Shown here piece by piece: positions 1 to 8,963 of a stretch of 64,000 bases of DNA (the stretch's first letter is position 1; every line of letters begins with the position of its first letter). The stretch covers positions 4,191 to 68,190 of the IMG/VR virus record IMGVR_UViG_2974749168_000001; one strand, 5' to 3'. Below the pieces are notes generated by a model. The model made no database searches, had not been told where the DNA came from, and was given only the letters and a program-made list of their open reading frames with translations. Position numbers and translations under genes: made by a program. This DNA is from a virus (lineage: Duplodnaviria; Caudoviricetes).

Positions 1-4
1 GCCG

Positions 5-574
5 ATGAGCCGCGCGACCGAATGCGGGGACCGGAACTGGCGCAACGGCGCTGAGTGCGTGCTCCCCGAGGGGCATCCGGGGTGGCACGGCAACCTCACG
101 AACTCGTCGTGGCCGGACGAGGAAGAGGACATCGCCGAGATCTATGGGTTCGGCCAGGGGGAGCCGGTCCAGACCGACGCCCCGAGCGCGCACGATCTCG
201 TGATCGCTGATATGCGCCAGCGCAAGGCGTTTGGACTGGCGAAGTACGGCACCATCCTCCAGCACGACAACGGCCGCGATCACCTGCAAGACGCCTACGA
301 GGAGGTGCTCGATCTCGCGGTGTACCTGCGCAACGAGATCGAGCAGCGGCGTACCGCGGCCGGAGACCAGGCCCCGAAGCACTGCAACAAGATCGCGCTC
401 GACGGCGAGCGGTGCCTGCGCAGTCCTGGTCACGACGGCCGCTGCTACTCGCGGATGGCCACGCCGGAGAACGTTGCGAAGTGCCTGCGCCAGATGCCTG
501 ACGGCTCGAAGTGCCAACTGAAGATGAACCACGACATGCCCCACATCTCGAACACCTCCGAGGAGCTCTCATGA
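5..574 (+). CDS. Protein with a central MazG-like all-alpha NTP pyrophosphatase-type segment flanked by three Cys/His zinc-finger-like repeats
   Basis: Core RKAFGLAKYGTILQHDNGRDHLQDAYEEVLDLAVYL (EExxD acidic helix); three C-x8/10-C-x4-H motifs; overlaps the next start (ATGA). Confidence 0.5.
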   Translation: MSRATECGDRNWRNGAECVLPEGHPGWHGNLTNSSWPDEEEDIAEIYGFGQGEPVQTDAPSAHDLVIADMRQRKAFGLAKYGTILQHDNGRDHLQDAYEEVLDLAVYLRNEIEQRRTAAGDQAPKHCNKIALDGERCLRSPGHDGRCYSRMATPENVAKCLRQMPDGSKCQLKMNHDMPHISNTSEELS

Positions 575-921
575 CCGACATCACCCCGATCGACAGCGCA
601 CCTGTATTCACCCGTACGTCTACAGTGACCACCGTGACGGTGGAGGTCTCTGGCGTTCCCGACATCACGGGGTCGTTCCACTCGAAGCCGATCCGGCCGG
701 ACGGGGCCAAGCTCGTCTACCACGAGGCCGGGACCTGGCGAAACAACCCGGTGGTCTCCATCGAGGTCTCAGGGCCACAGGTACGCAAGGACGGCTCCGA
801 GAGCAAGAATCGGAGCACGTTCACCGTCTGGCACGACCGGGTCGAGCCCTGGATGCTCGACATGATCGACGCCGTCCGGCCCTCGACGCACCCGAAGACC
901 GACGACGAGGGCATCGGGTGA
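571..921 (+). CDS. Hypothetical protein (116 aa)
   Basis: ATG at 571 overlaps the upstream stop; GGAG upstream; typical codon usage. Confidence 0.75.
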   Translation: MTDITPIDSAPVFTRTSTVTTVTVEVSGVPDITGSFHSKPIRPDGAKLVYHEAGTWRNNPVVSIEVSGPQVRKDGSESKNRSTFTVWHDRVEPWMLDMIDAVRPSTHPKTDDEGIG

Positions 922-1313
922 CCGGCGAGACCATCGCGACCCTCGACGAGCTGGTCGACGGGCTGCCGGACATCTACGTCCCGGTCGTGACGGCGGTCTG
1001 GAGACACCGCGAAGGCGTGCGCGACATCGCCGAGCTCAGCGAGGCCGTAGACACGCTGTTTCGGGCGATGAACGACCTCCGAACGCTCGACGAGCACGAC
1101 GCCGCCGACCTGCCGGACCACCCGGACAACTGGGGCCTGTGCGCGGCTGCCTGGGCCTCGGTGTACTGGAGCGAGGAGCGAGGTTTCGACCGGCCTTCGG
1201 ACCGGGGTGCATTCTGGAAGTACATGCACGCTGGGGACCTCGGACGAGCGCTGGAGTTCCTGGTGATGCTCAACAATCAGACCGTCGACGAGATTCGGAG
1301 AAAACATGACTGA
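918..1313 (+). CDS. Hypothetical protein (131 aa)
   Basis: GTGA overlap with the upstream gene; coding-like composition. Confidence 0.75.
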   Translation: MTGETIATLDELVDGLPDIYVPVVTAVWRHREGVRDIAELSEAVDTLFRAMNDLRTLDEHDAADLPDHPDNWGLCAAAWASVYWSEERGFDRPSDRGAFWKYMHAGDLGRALEFLVMLNNQTVDEIRRKHD

Positions 1314-1524
1314 CCTGGCCGTACGCTTCCTCTCGCTGATCGGGCCGATGTCGGCGCTGATCGTGCTCCTGCGGATCTTCGAGAGCGTGCCACTGTCGGA
1401 GTGGTGGCCGTTCCTGATCTTCACGATTGCGGTCAACGCGCTCACCGTGCTGGTCGTCCAGAAGACCCGGCGTCCGGCCGACGACGATCTGATCCTGGGG
1501 CCGGACGTCGACGAGAAACGGTGA
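1306..1524 (+). CDS. Small membrane protein, two predicted TM helices
   Basis: Two hydrophobic stretches, acidic C-tail; GGAG RBS. Confidence 0.7.
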   Translation: MTDLAVRFLSLIGPMSALIVLLRIFESVPLSEWWPFLIFTIAVNALTVLVVQKTRRPADDDLILGPDVDEKR

Positions 1525-1766
1525 GCACGTCGCTCCCGGGGTCCAAGAGATCCCGAAAGACGTTGCGGGGCAACAAGCACTACAAGGAACTGGCCGAGAA
1601 GATCATCTCTGCCGGAGCCGAGATCCGTTGGCCCCGCGGGAAAGGCCACCCACAGGTCTACTTCCGAGGCGAGCACGTGACCAGCCTCGCGATGACACGA
1701 TCCGATCCCCGAGGGGACAAAAACACCATCGCTCGGTGCCGCCGAGCGGGAATGGACATTCGATGA
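1521..1766 (+). CDS. HicA-like (dsRBD-fold) toxin-family protein
   Basis: 81 aa, basic; RGKGHPQVYFRGEHVTSLAMTRSDPRGDKNTIARCRRAG matches the GH...T.SD.R...N...R.AG pattern of phage HicA-like proteins. Confidence 0.6.
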   Translation: MSTSLPGSKRSRKTLRGNKHYKELAEKIISAGAEIRWPRGKGHPQVYFRGEHVTSLAMTRSDPRGDKNTIARCRRAGMDIR

Positions 1767-2422
1767 CCGAATACACCGTTGACCAGCTCGAAGAACTGAT
1801 CGGGCTCGACAACTTCCCGGAGTTCCACGGCGTCCCCGCGGCATGGTGGATCACCACCGACGCCGATCAGATCGCGCGCTGGGAGAGCTACAAGTCCGAC
1901 CGGAACGAGTGGTTCGAGCGGGCCAGAGCGCTCACCCGGAAGCTCGGACTCGGTGACGAGGGCGTGATGGTCAGCTCGTTCGGCAAGCAGACCAACGTCG
2001 TCGGCATCCAGCCGAGCCAGGAGATGCGCAAGTCGGAGTGGCGCGGGCCGAGCCTGGTGCCCGAGGGCTGGCGGATCGACTCGAAGAGCGGGTACCTGAA
2101 GCCGAAGCGCAAGACCAAGGCCGACCGGGAGAGCCAGGCCAGCAGGGACTTCGAGTCGATCTATCGGGTGCCGGACTCCGCGGCGTACATCAAGGGCCTG
2201 CCGGAGTACCTCCAGCTCGACGACGGGCCCGGTCTGAGCGGGCACCTGTACCCGTTCAACACCCGCAAGGGGGAGAAGTGCCTGATGGCGTTCTGCGGCG
2301 GCGACCCCGATCGCGCGGAGAAGAGCCGGGATCACAAGATCGCCGAATGGTGGGAGCGCCAGCCGCTCTCGACGATGCACGCGCTCCGTGAGCGGAAGCA
2401 GACGAAAGAGCAGGGTCGATGA
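1763..2422 (+). CDS. Hypothetical protein (219 aa)
   Basis: ATGA overlap with the upstream gene; typical codon usage. Confidence 0.8.
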   Translation: MTEYTVDQLEELIGLDNFPEFHGVPAAWWITTDADQIARWESYKSDRNEWFERARALTRKLGLGDEGVMVSSFGKQTNVVGIQPSQEMRKSEWRGPSLVPEGWRIDSKSGYLKPKRKTKADRESQASRDFESIYRVPDSAAYIKGLPEYLQLDDGPGLSGHLYPFNTRKGEKCLMAFCGGDPDRAEKSRDHKIAEWWERQPLSTMHALRERKQTKEQGR

Positions 2423-2799
2423 CCGACGAGGTTCAGCAGCCGACGCCGCGAGAAGACCTGCGCGCGATCATCACCAAGCTCTGCCAGGACGCAGCGACGA
2501 CCGGGATCAACCATCCGGCGTTCCCGGTGCATCGCGAGCACCTGATCGAGTCGTTCTTCGCGACGTGGTTCGTCGAGAAGCCGACAGAGGTCGGCAAGGA
2601 GCGCGCCGCGCAGGCCGAGTGGCAGGACGAGGCCAAGGCGCTGTTCGCGGCGATGGTGACGGCTCTGGACCGACTTGGGAAGCGGCCGACGGGTCTTCCG
2701 CCGACCCTCGGGCCCCACGTTCTCGCCGCGACCGAGGTCGTCCTGCGCGAGCGAGGCGTCGAGGACGCCAACGAGCTGATGGAGCGAATGCTGCCGTGA
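2419..2799 (+). CDS. Hypothetical protein (126 aa)
   Basis: ATGA overlap; coding-like composition. Confidence 0.75.
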   Translation: MTDEVQQPTPREDLRAIITKLCQDAATTGINHPAFPVHREHLIESFFATWFVEKPTEVGKERAAQAEWQDEAKALFAAMVTALDRLGKRPTGLPPTLGPHVLAATEVVLRERGVEDANELMERMLP

Positions 2800-3080
2800 G
2801 TGCGATGAGGTTCCGCGACGAGTTCGCGGTGGAGTGGATCCGCAACGACGGCAGCTCGGTGCAGTCCGAACCGACGCGCAGCGAAGAAGTTGCCGAGAGC
2901 TGCGCTCGTTGGCTGAACGAGGACGGGCACGGCCTGGCTCCCCGGGTCATCACGCGCACCGTACGCGAGGAGCGCGACCACTGGTGGCATCCGTGGCGGA
3001 CCACCGGCGTCTCGAAGTGGTTCGAGTGGGGCGAGCTCGCGGACGGGTCGCCGATCGTGGAGATCGACCCCGCTGTCTGA
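2796..3080 (+). CDS. Hypothetical protein (Trp-rich, about 94 aa)
   Basis: GTGA overlap (alternative ATG at 2805). Confidence 0.65.
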   Translation: MSAMRFRDEFAVEWIRNDGSSVQSEPTRSEEVAESCARWLNEDGHGLAPRVITRTVREERDHWWHPWRTTGVSKWFEWGELADGSPIVEIDPAV

Positions 3081-3105
3081 CACGGTTGACGTCAACCGCT
3101 ATCAT
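3077..3105 (+). promoter_or_regulatory. Sigma-A-like promoter CTGACA-N17-TATCAT with the 16-bp palindrome CGGTTGACGTCAACCG in the spacer; probable leaderless transcript
   Basis: Read directly; ATG at 3112 lies 6 nt after the -10. Confidence 0.7.
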
Positions 3106-3111
3106 CTAGGC

Positions 3112-3603
3112 ATGACCGAGGAGGAACATATGCCCATCAAGCCAGACGGCGGGCTCACCGGCCCGCTGAAGGACACCGGAGTCGGTATCCAGGTCGAGGT
3201 CGGCGACACCAAGACGCCGCGACTGACGCCGGACCGGGCCCGCCGGATCGCCGCGGTGCTCGTCGAGGGGGCCGACACCGCGGAGGGGAAGCCGAACTAC
3301 CGTGTGCGGCTGCGCCAACGTTGGAAGCCGGGAGGGGTGCGCGATACCGAGAACCGCTCGATCGGCCTGGGTCTGGGGATTGGCCTCACTCTCGCCATCG
3401 GACTGGGGTTGGACCTGATCCAGGTCGAGCCGGTGGAGTGGCTGTTCTGGCTGCTGGCGGCGCTCAACGTGTTCGGTGCCGGGGTGCTCTACCTCGATCG
3501 TCGCCGCGGCGACCGCAAGGACATCGAGGACGAGTTTCGCGAGCGCCGGTACGGCCAGACCATCGGCCAGTCGACCGGCGTGCTCCCCTGGGAGATCCGG
3601 TGA
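3112..3603 (+). CDS. Membrane protein (two TM segments)
   Basis: IGLGLGIGLTLAIGLGL and WLFWLLAALNVFGAGVLYL hydrophobic segments. Confidence 0.75.
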   Translation: MTEEEHMPIKPDGGLTGPLKDTGVGIQVEVGDTKTPRLTPDRARRIAAVLVEGADTAEGKPNYRVRLRQRWKPGGVRDTENRSIGLGLGIGLTLAIGLGLDLIQVEPVEWLFWLLAALNVFGAGVLYLDRRRGDRKDIEDEFRERRYGQTIGQSTGVLPWEIR

Positions 3604-3628
3604 GCCTGTCGGACGTCAGGGGTAACCT

Positions 3629-3928
3629 GTGACCATTGCTGTCGGCCATCGGCCCGGCACCCCGCAGGGTGGAAAGTTCGCACCGCGCGCGACGCTGGTT
3701 GGCTGCGACTTTCCGCTCTGCGACAAGGCCCTCACGTTCCCGGTCAACCTCCAGTCGTCGAACGCGCAGTGCATTCGCGACACGATCCGATTCATGAAGG
3801 CGAAGGACCGCGGGCCCGAGATCTCTGGGTGGACGGTCGACGACACCGTCGACCCCGCGAAGTTCTTCTGCTCCCGGCACGCCGACCAGCCCAAGCGGCC
3901 GACCAGTTCCCTGATACTCCCGAGGTAA
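3629..3928 (+). CDS. Hypothetical protein with a Cys/His zinc-binding-like motif
   Basis: CDFPLC ... FCSRH; fills the gap between neighbouring genes. Confidence 0.6.
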   Translation: MTIAVGHRPGTPQGGKFAPRATLVGCDFPLCDKALTFPVNLQSSNAQCIRDTIRFMKAKDRGPEISGWTVDDTVDPAKFFCSRHADQPKRPTSSLILPR

Positions 3929-3936
3929 GGACCCCT

Positions 3937-4374
3937 ATGCCCGACACAGCAGTTGAGCGCGTGCTCAGCATCAACGACTACCAGCAGGCGATCGACACGC
4001 TGGGGAAGGTCCGCGCGAAGGCGCTGGCCGGGAAGAAGTTGTCCCGTAAGGACCAGGCGATCCTGGTCTACGCCGCGGACTCGGTCGCCGCGCATCGCAG
4101 CGCGGACCTTCTCAGAGATGCCCTGCCTACTCCTCCCCTGTTCGCCCCGGCGCCAGGGCCGGGAGAGGAGAGGGTAGCGCTCGCAATCGCTCAGATCGAC
4201 CCGGAGCGAATGGCCGAGATCGACCTGGAAAGGCGGATCGAAGCCTTCCGGGGGATGCTCTACTCCGGTGAGCGAGCAGCGAGCAACGGGCTTCTGATCG
4301 GCGAGAAGGCGTATGCAGCATCGGTAAAGGCCGACTTCGAGCGCGTCTTCGCCCCGGAGCTCGGCGATGAGTGA
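3937..4374 (+). CDS. Hypothetical protein (145 aa)
   Basis: AAGGA RBS before the ATG at 3937. Confidence 0.7.
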   Translation: MPDTAVERVLSINDYQQAIDTLGKVRAKALAGKKLSRKDQAILVYAADSVAAHRSADLLRDALPTPPLFAPAPGPGEERVALAIAQIDPERMAEIDLERRIEAFRGMLYSGERAASNGLLIGEKAYAASVKADFERVFAPELGDE

Positions 4375-4636
4375 CCAGGTGGTCGCCGAGCTGAAGGTGA
4401 CCAAGCGGATCGACCCTGAAAGGGTCGGCCGGGTGCTGAAGCACAACCGAGACACCATGATGAAGCTCGCCGAGGACAACCCGAGGCTGTTCCAGGCGCT
4501 CATCCAGCAGGCCGAGGTCGACATGGGCCGGTGCGCCGACGCATCGGCCACGCTGCGCGAGATCACCAATCAGCTCGTCGACGTGATGACCACGGGCTAC
4601 GAGATCGCCATCGAGAAGAGGATCAAGATCAAGTGA
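4367..4636 (+). CDS. Hypothetical protein (89 aa)
   Basis: Overlapping start/stop; helical composition. Confidence 0.7.
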   Translation: MSDQVVAELKVTKRIDPERVGRVLKHNRDTMMKLAEDNPRLFQALIQQAEVDMGRCADASATLREITNQLVDVMTTGYEIAIEKRIKIK

Positions 4637-4977
4637 CCGGACCGGAGAAGGTGGCGACGGGAGTTGGCCTGTGGATCGTGCTCGCCGCACTGGTGAACGC
4701 GGTGTCGCACGACTGGCTCTCGGCGTTCACCTGCCTGATGATCGCCGCCGCGATCCTCACGTGGGTCTTCGGTCGTGGCCAGGACCGGCGCGAGCGACGA
4801 GCCCAGCGGGAGCGGGCAGACCTGGTCGATCGACTGGAACGGGACGTGCTCGCCGAGCAGTCCACTGGGGAGTACGTCCGCAACGAGGAGGGGTTCTATG
4901 TCCGACGACCAAACGACGCCGATCAACGGGATCGAGGAGCTGTCGGCCGAGACGATTCGGAATGCGATCAGCACTGA
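4633..4977 (+). CDS. Membrane protein (two N-terminal TM helices)
   Basis: GTGA overlap; VATGVGLWIVLAALVNAV and WLSAFTCLMIAAAILTWVFG. Confidence 0.65.
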   Translation: MTGPEKVATGVGLWIVLAALVNAVSHDWLSAFTCLMIAAAILTWVFGRGQDRRERRAQRERADLVDRLERDVLAEQSTGEYVRNEEGFYVRRPNDADQRDRGAVGRDDSECDQH

Positions 4978-5197
4978 GGTCAAGGAGCGCTTCGGCGAGG
5001 ACTTCTTCGTCCGGTCGGCGATCGTGGTGGCCATCGTCGAGCGTCCCCGCGGGGAGCTGGAGAAGCCGAACGCGCCGCGGGTGTCGTTGTTCCTGAAGAG
5101 CCTCATGCCGATACATCCGAGCATCGCGATCAATATGATGAAGGAAGCCGCCAAGATGTACCAGGTGAAGAAGACCACGTCAGGGGAATCACAGTGA
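4898..5197 (+). CDS. Hypothetical protein (99 aa)
   Basis: GGAGG RBS before the ATG at 4898; overlaps the upstream gene by 80 nt. Confidence 0.6.
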   Translation: MSDDQTTPINGIEELSAETIRNAISTEVKERFGEDFFVRSAIVVAIVERPRGELEKPNAPRVSLFLKSLMPIHPSIAINMMKEAAKMYQVKKTTSGESQ

Positions 5198-5919
5198 GCG
5201 ACATCGTATTACGGACGATGCGGGGGACCGGCGAGCCGCTGGAGAGCCCGATGATGAACGACATCGTCGAGGCCTGCCGAGCCCTGGACGTGCCGCACCG
5301 GCCGGTGCAGTACTGGGCCTCGATCGCTCCGGCCGGGGGCACGAAGATGTTCCACGAGAGCTATGCCGACGGTTGGCACCGAGGAGCTGTCGCTGACGCC
5401 GAGGGCCCCGCGTCGGTCTGGGTCGGCTACTCCCTCGGCGCGCTCATCGCCGGAGACCTTGCGGCAGCGGGGGAACTGGCCAACTGCATCCTGATGATCC
5501 TCATTTCGGATCCGCTCCGGCATGACCGCCAGATCGCTCCCGAGTGCCGGGTCCCGAGGGGGCTCTACGGGTGCGCGGGAAGCCGGTACATCCCCGACGC
5601 CAACTTCCCCGTCGTCTCGCTCTCGGTCCCGAACGACCCGATCTCGGCGCTGGAGCACTGGAACGGCTTCCGGCAGATCGCCTCGGTGATCACCGGCACC
5701 CCGCAACGCTGGGACGTCGGCAACGCCAACATCGGCGCGATCGTCGACGCGGCCCGTCGGTACCTCGGCACGCCGCCGAACCGTCTGTTGGGCACCCCGG
5801 CCAAACCCAGTCGGCACGTGGTCTACAACTCCGAGAAGATGCCGGGGCTCCCGGTGACCTACACCCAGTTCGCGGCGCGCGCTGCCGAACAGGCGATCGA
5901 GGACTATCGCGCGGTGTAG
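5194..5919 (+). CDS. Cutinase-like alpha/beta hydrolase, probable lysin B
   Basis: N-terminal RGTGE, nucleophile elbow GYSLG, NDPIS acid motif, C-terminal His (SRHVVY); size typical of actinophage LysB. Confidence 0.7.
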   Translation: MSDIVLRTMRGTGEPLESPMMNDIVEACRALDVPHRPVQYWASIAPAGGTKMFHESYADGWHRGAVADAEGPASVWVGYSLGALIAGDLAAAGELANCILMILISDPLRHDRQIAPECRVPRGLYGCAGSRYIPDANFPVVSLSVPNDPISALEHWNGFRQIASVITGTPQRWDVGNANIGAIVDAARRYLGTPPNRLLGTPAKPSRHVVYNSEKMPGLPVTYTQFAARAAEQAIEDYRAV

Positions 5920-5955
5920 TCTGGCCGTTGCGCCAGTGACGTGACGCCACAGAGG

Positions 5956-5990
5956 AACCCCGGTCGCTCCCATGAGAGGCCGGGGTTTCT
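5956..5990 (+). terminator. Stem-loop after lysin B (AACCCCGG...CCGGGGTT then TCT)
   Basis: Inverted repeat 5956-5963 / 5980-5987. Confidence 0.5.
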
Positions 5991-6015
5991 GCCTGTCCGG
6001 GGTACGATCCGGGGC

Positions 6016-6279
6016 ATGTCGTCTTCGTCGAGTCGCGCCAAGGGCAAGGCCTCCGACGGCGCACAACCGAAGGCCTACTGGCTCACCGGCGCTGGGGCAG
6101 CGAAGATCCGCTGGAACACCCCCGGGGACTTCACGCGCTGTGTCCGGCAGATCCGGAAGTACGCCGCGAAGGAGGGGTTCTCGGCTGAGGGGTACTGCTC
6201 CCGGCTGCACAAGGCGGCGACCGGGGTCTACCCGGGTGACAAACGCAACGTAGGCGGAAACGGCAGATCGAAGACGTGA
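6016..6279 (+). CDS. Conserved-looking small basic hypothetical protein; probable leaderless start
   Basis: -10-like TACGAT at 6003-6008, just upstream of the ATG; YW..GAGAAKIRWNTPGDFTRC pattern recalled from other actinophages. Confidence 0.7.
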   Translation: MSSSSSRAKGKASDGAQPKAYWLTGAGAAKIRWNTPGDFTRCVRQIRKYAAKEGFSAEGYCSRLHKAATGVYPGDKRNVGGNGRSKT

Positions 6280-8312
6280 GTCGGCATGACCGCAAAGTTC
6301 AGTTCACGACACCCCAGCGATGGGAGTGGCTCTGGAGCGAAAACGGAGAGCACCTGATGGCGACCAACCCTGGCGCGCGAGTTAACCGGTCGTACTCGGC
6401 GGGACAACTCACCCAGATGAACCCGACGCTGCTTGACGGGCAGATGGTTCTGGAGAAGGACACCGGCGCACTGAAGATCGGCGACGGCACGCTGGCCTGG
6501 AGGGACTTGCCGTACTTCGTCGGTGCGGTCATGGGTGGTGAGGCCATGGTGCCGAAGACCTCGCAGCCGTTCCGGGTCTACGGCACCAACGAGACTGGAG
6601 ACCAGGCGCTCTATCCGATCAACTTCAGTGCCGAGCCCGAGACGGTCGTGGCGCGCAACGGCGATGGCACCTTCGACGTCAGTCCCCCGGCAGGACCGAA
6701 CAACCCGGTCACGAAGGGCTACGGGGACAGTCGATACGCGCCAACGGTCGATGCTCGCGTCCCTGCTGCCAATCTCCCCCAAGCGTTCCGGACCACCGAC
6801 AGCCAGCCGTTCGCGGCCAGCTCGCACTGGAACACCCCCATTGGCACCGAGGTGCTCTTCGAGTCAGCCAACGACTCAGCGACAGCCAGTCTGCTCGCCG
6901 CTACCCCAGCCATCAACGACGGCACGGCCTACGGATTCACCAACAACATTGCGCGACCGACGGACCCTCTTTGCACGGCAGTATGGAAGTCGGGGGGAGT
7001 GACTCACGGAACCTTCCAGTTCAAGTGCCCCTATGACCCGATCATCTCCTCGGGCACCGACCTCTCGATGCGCGTCATTGACGGACGCTGGGCCTACGAC
7101 CTGTGGAAGACCACTCGCACCGGGGTGTTCAAGTTCGAGGCCGAGTTCATCACCAAGACGGACCTTCTCGGAACCGGCCGCAATGCGGGGACCCGGGCCG
7201 CACGCTGGCCGACGGCGGGTGGACTGATCCGTGCTCACGAACTGACCTACATCCCGCACGCTATCGCGATGTCGATCCCTGGGACCTCGTTGAAGCGAGG
7301 GTTCGTGTGGCCCGCAGCGGCCGAGGACGCCGCTGGCGTGGTCTACTCGGGCCAGGTCCCCATGGGCTCGTTCTTCGCTATCCCGCCGAACGTCAATCTC
7401 GACTCGCTCGGGCTGTCGGTCGAGGGCTACGCCCTGGCCGAGGCGATGCAGAACTACGGGGTATACATCGGCGACCAATCCGGGTCCGCGGCTATCTCGG
7501 TCGACGGCGAGGCCTACACTTCGGCCCGCCCGGCGTTGGAGCGGATGCGAACCGACTGGACCACCAAGATCTTTCAGCAGCTTCGTCGGGTCACGAATCT
7601 GGCTGAGCCTCAGCCGGGTGGACCCGGCCCCCGAAAGGTCGCACCGACCGGCCCTGTAACGGTTCGGGGCGACTCGCAGGACTTCCTCGTTGACAACCTC
7701 TCGCTGAAGCTCCAAGCCCTCCTAGGGACCACGATCACTTCGGACGACTTCACCGTCCCCGCGGCAACAATGGTCCCGACGACCGCATCCCAGGGCGGGA
7801 AGCCGTGCAACTGGACGGGATACCCCCTCCAGTACCGAATCGTCGACGGGGGGATCAAGCGCATCGCTGAGCCCGACGGCCAGACTCGGCTGCTGATGCT
7901 GGCTGTCGGCAAGCGCGACGTGCGGGTCAAGTTCCGGGTCAAAGCCCTGCACGCCTCCGGCTTCTGCTATGTGGCGCTGGCCACGGCAGGATCGGGAGAG
8001 AACTATCGCTTGGCCATCACCTCGCAAGGGAGTTGCCACCTCCAGCGGGTGGCGCCGGGGGAGGCGGCGGTGGCGATCACCCCTGGAACCCCGAACGGAA
8101 CGATCGGGGCGAACAAGGATGTCGAGGTCTCGATTCGGGGGAACCGGTTGGAGTACAAGGTCGACGGCGAGGTACTGGGAGAGGTTTATGACGTCGCCGA
8201 GATCGCCGGAACCAGCGTCGGAATCTGGTTCCCCAGCGACACCGCCATCGCCTGGACCAACCTCGTGGTGCAGTCGATCCCGAGGCTGACGCGCAAGATT
8301 AGCGCCGGGTAG
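6276..8312 (+). CDS. Tail fibre / receptor-binding-like structural protein
   Basis: N-terminal NPTLLDGQMVLEKDTGALKIGDGTLAWRDLPY (Mtd-N/hyaluronidase-type anchor motif); beta-rich, lectin-like C-terminus. Confidence 0.65.
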   Translation: MSRHDRKVQFTTPQRWEWLWSENGEHLMATNPGARVNRSYSAGQLTQMNPTLLDGQMVLEKDTGALKIGDGTLAWRDLPYFVGAVMGGEAMVPKTSQPFRVYGTNETGDQALYPINFSAEPETVVARNGDGTFDVSPPAGPNNPVTKGYGDSRYAPTVDARVPAANLPQAFRTTDSQPFAASSHWNTPIGTEVLFESANDSATASLLAATPAINDGTAYGFTNNIARPTDPLCTAVWKSGGVTHGTFQFKCPYDPIISSGTDLSMRVIDGRWAYDLWKTTRTGVFKFEAEFITKTDLLGTGRNAGTRAARWPTAGGLIRAHELTYIPHAIAMSIPGTSLKRGFVWPAAAEDAAGVVYSGQVPMGSFFAIPPNVNLDSLGLSVEGYALAEAMQNYGVYIGDQSGSAAISVDGEAYTSARPALERMRTDWTTKIFQQLRRVTNLAEPQPGGPGPRKVAPTGPVTVRGDSQDFLVDNLSLKLQALLGTTITSDDFTVPAATMVPTTASQGGKPCNWTGYPLQYRIVDGGIKRIAEPDGQTRLLMLAVGKRDVRVKFRVKALHASGFCYVALATAGSGENYRLAITSQGSCHLQRVAPGEAAVAITPGTPNGTIGANKDVEVSIRGNRLEYKVDGEVLGEVYDVAEIAGTSVGIWFPSDTAIAWTNLVVQSIPRLTRKISAG

Positions 8313-8329
8313 CAGGATAGGATTCGGAC

Positions 8330-8515
8330 ATGGCAACTCGACGTCGGCGCGGCGGCTCGCTCAACACCCGGAAGAAGGGGAAGGCGAAGAACGGTGCGAA
8401 GTGGGGGCACGGCTTCGTCCCGAAGAACGCCGCCGCGCGCAAGCTGAAGAAGAAGCTCGACCGAAACGGCAAGCGCCGCAAGCGAACTTCGCAGGGATAC
8501 CCGAAGAAGCGATGA
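8330..8515 (+). CDS. Very basic small protein, probable nucleic-acid binder
   Basis: 25 of 61 residues are K or R, one acidic residue; AGGA RBS. Confidence 0.7.
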   Translation: MATRRRRGGSLNTRKKGKAKNGAKWGHGFVPKNAAARKLKKKLDRNGKRRKRTSQGYPKKR

Positions 8516-8943
8516 CCGGCCGAGCCCCGAAGCTGTGCTCGTGGCGGGACCCGGACAACCCCTCGCGCAAGTGCTCGCGCCGGGCCGAGGAAGCACCGAA
8601 CGGCGACGACTTCCGGTGCCAGGAGCACTGGCGGAAGTCCTTCGGCACCAAGACCCCTCGGCGCGTCCGGCCGCTGACCGAGGACGAGAAGAACTACGTC
8701 CGCGAGCGTGACTTCCACGTCTGCCGCGAGTGTGGCGCCCCGGCACATCAGGTCGACCACATCGTCGAGGTGGCCGACGGCGGGGGCAACGAGCCCTCGA
8801 ACCTTCAGCTACTCTGCGACTCCCACCACGCCGACAAGACTCGCGCGAGTCAGGAGGCATGGGACCCTGGTATCAGGCGGGGGACGTCGGCGCGCGCCCA
8901 GGCGAAGCGAAAGACGCGCGCTCGCGGGCTCTATGCGCAGTAG
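8512..8943 (+). CDS. HNH endonuclease (terminase-associated position)
   Basis: CRECG...VDHIVEVADGGGNEPSNLQLLCDSHH; directly upstream of terL. Confidence 0.9.
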   Translation: MTGRAPKLCSWRDPDNPSRKCSRRAEEAPNGDDFRCQEHWRKSFGTKTPRRVRPLTEDEKNYVRERDFHVCRECGAPAHQVDHIVEVADGGGNEPSNLQLLCDSHHADKTRASQEAWDPGIRRGTSARAQAKRKTRARGLYAQ

Positions 8944-8963
8944 GAGATGACTGGGGAGGTCAC

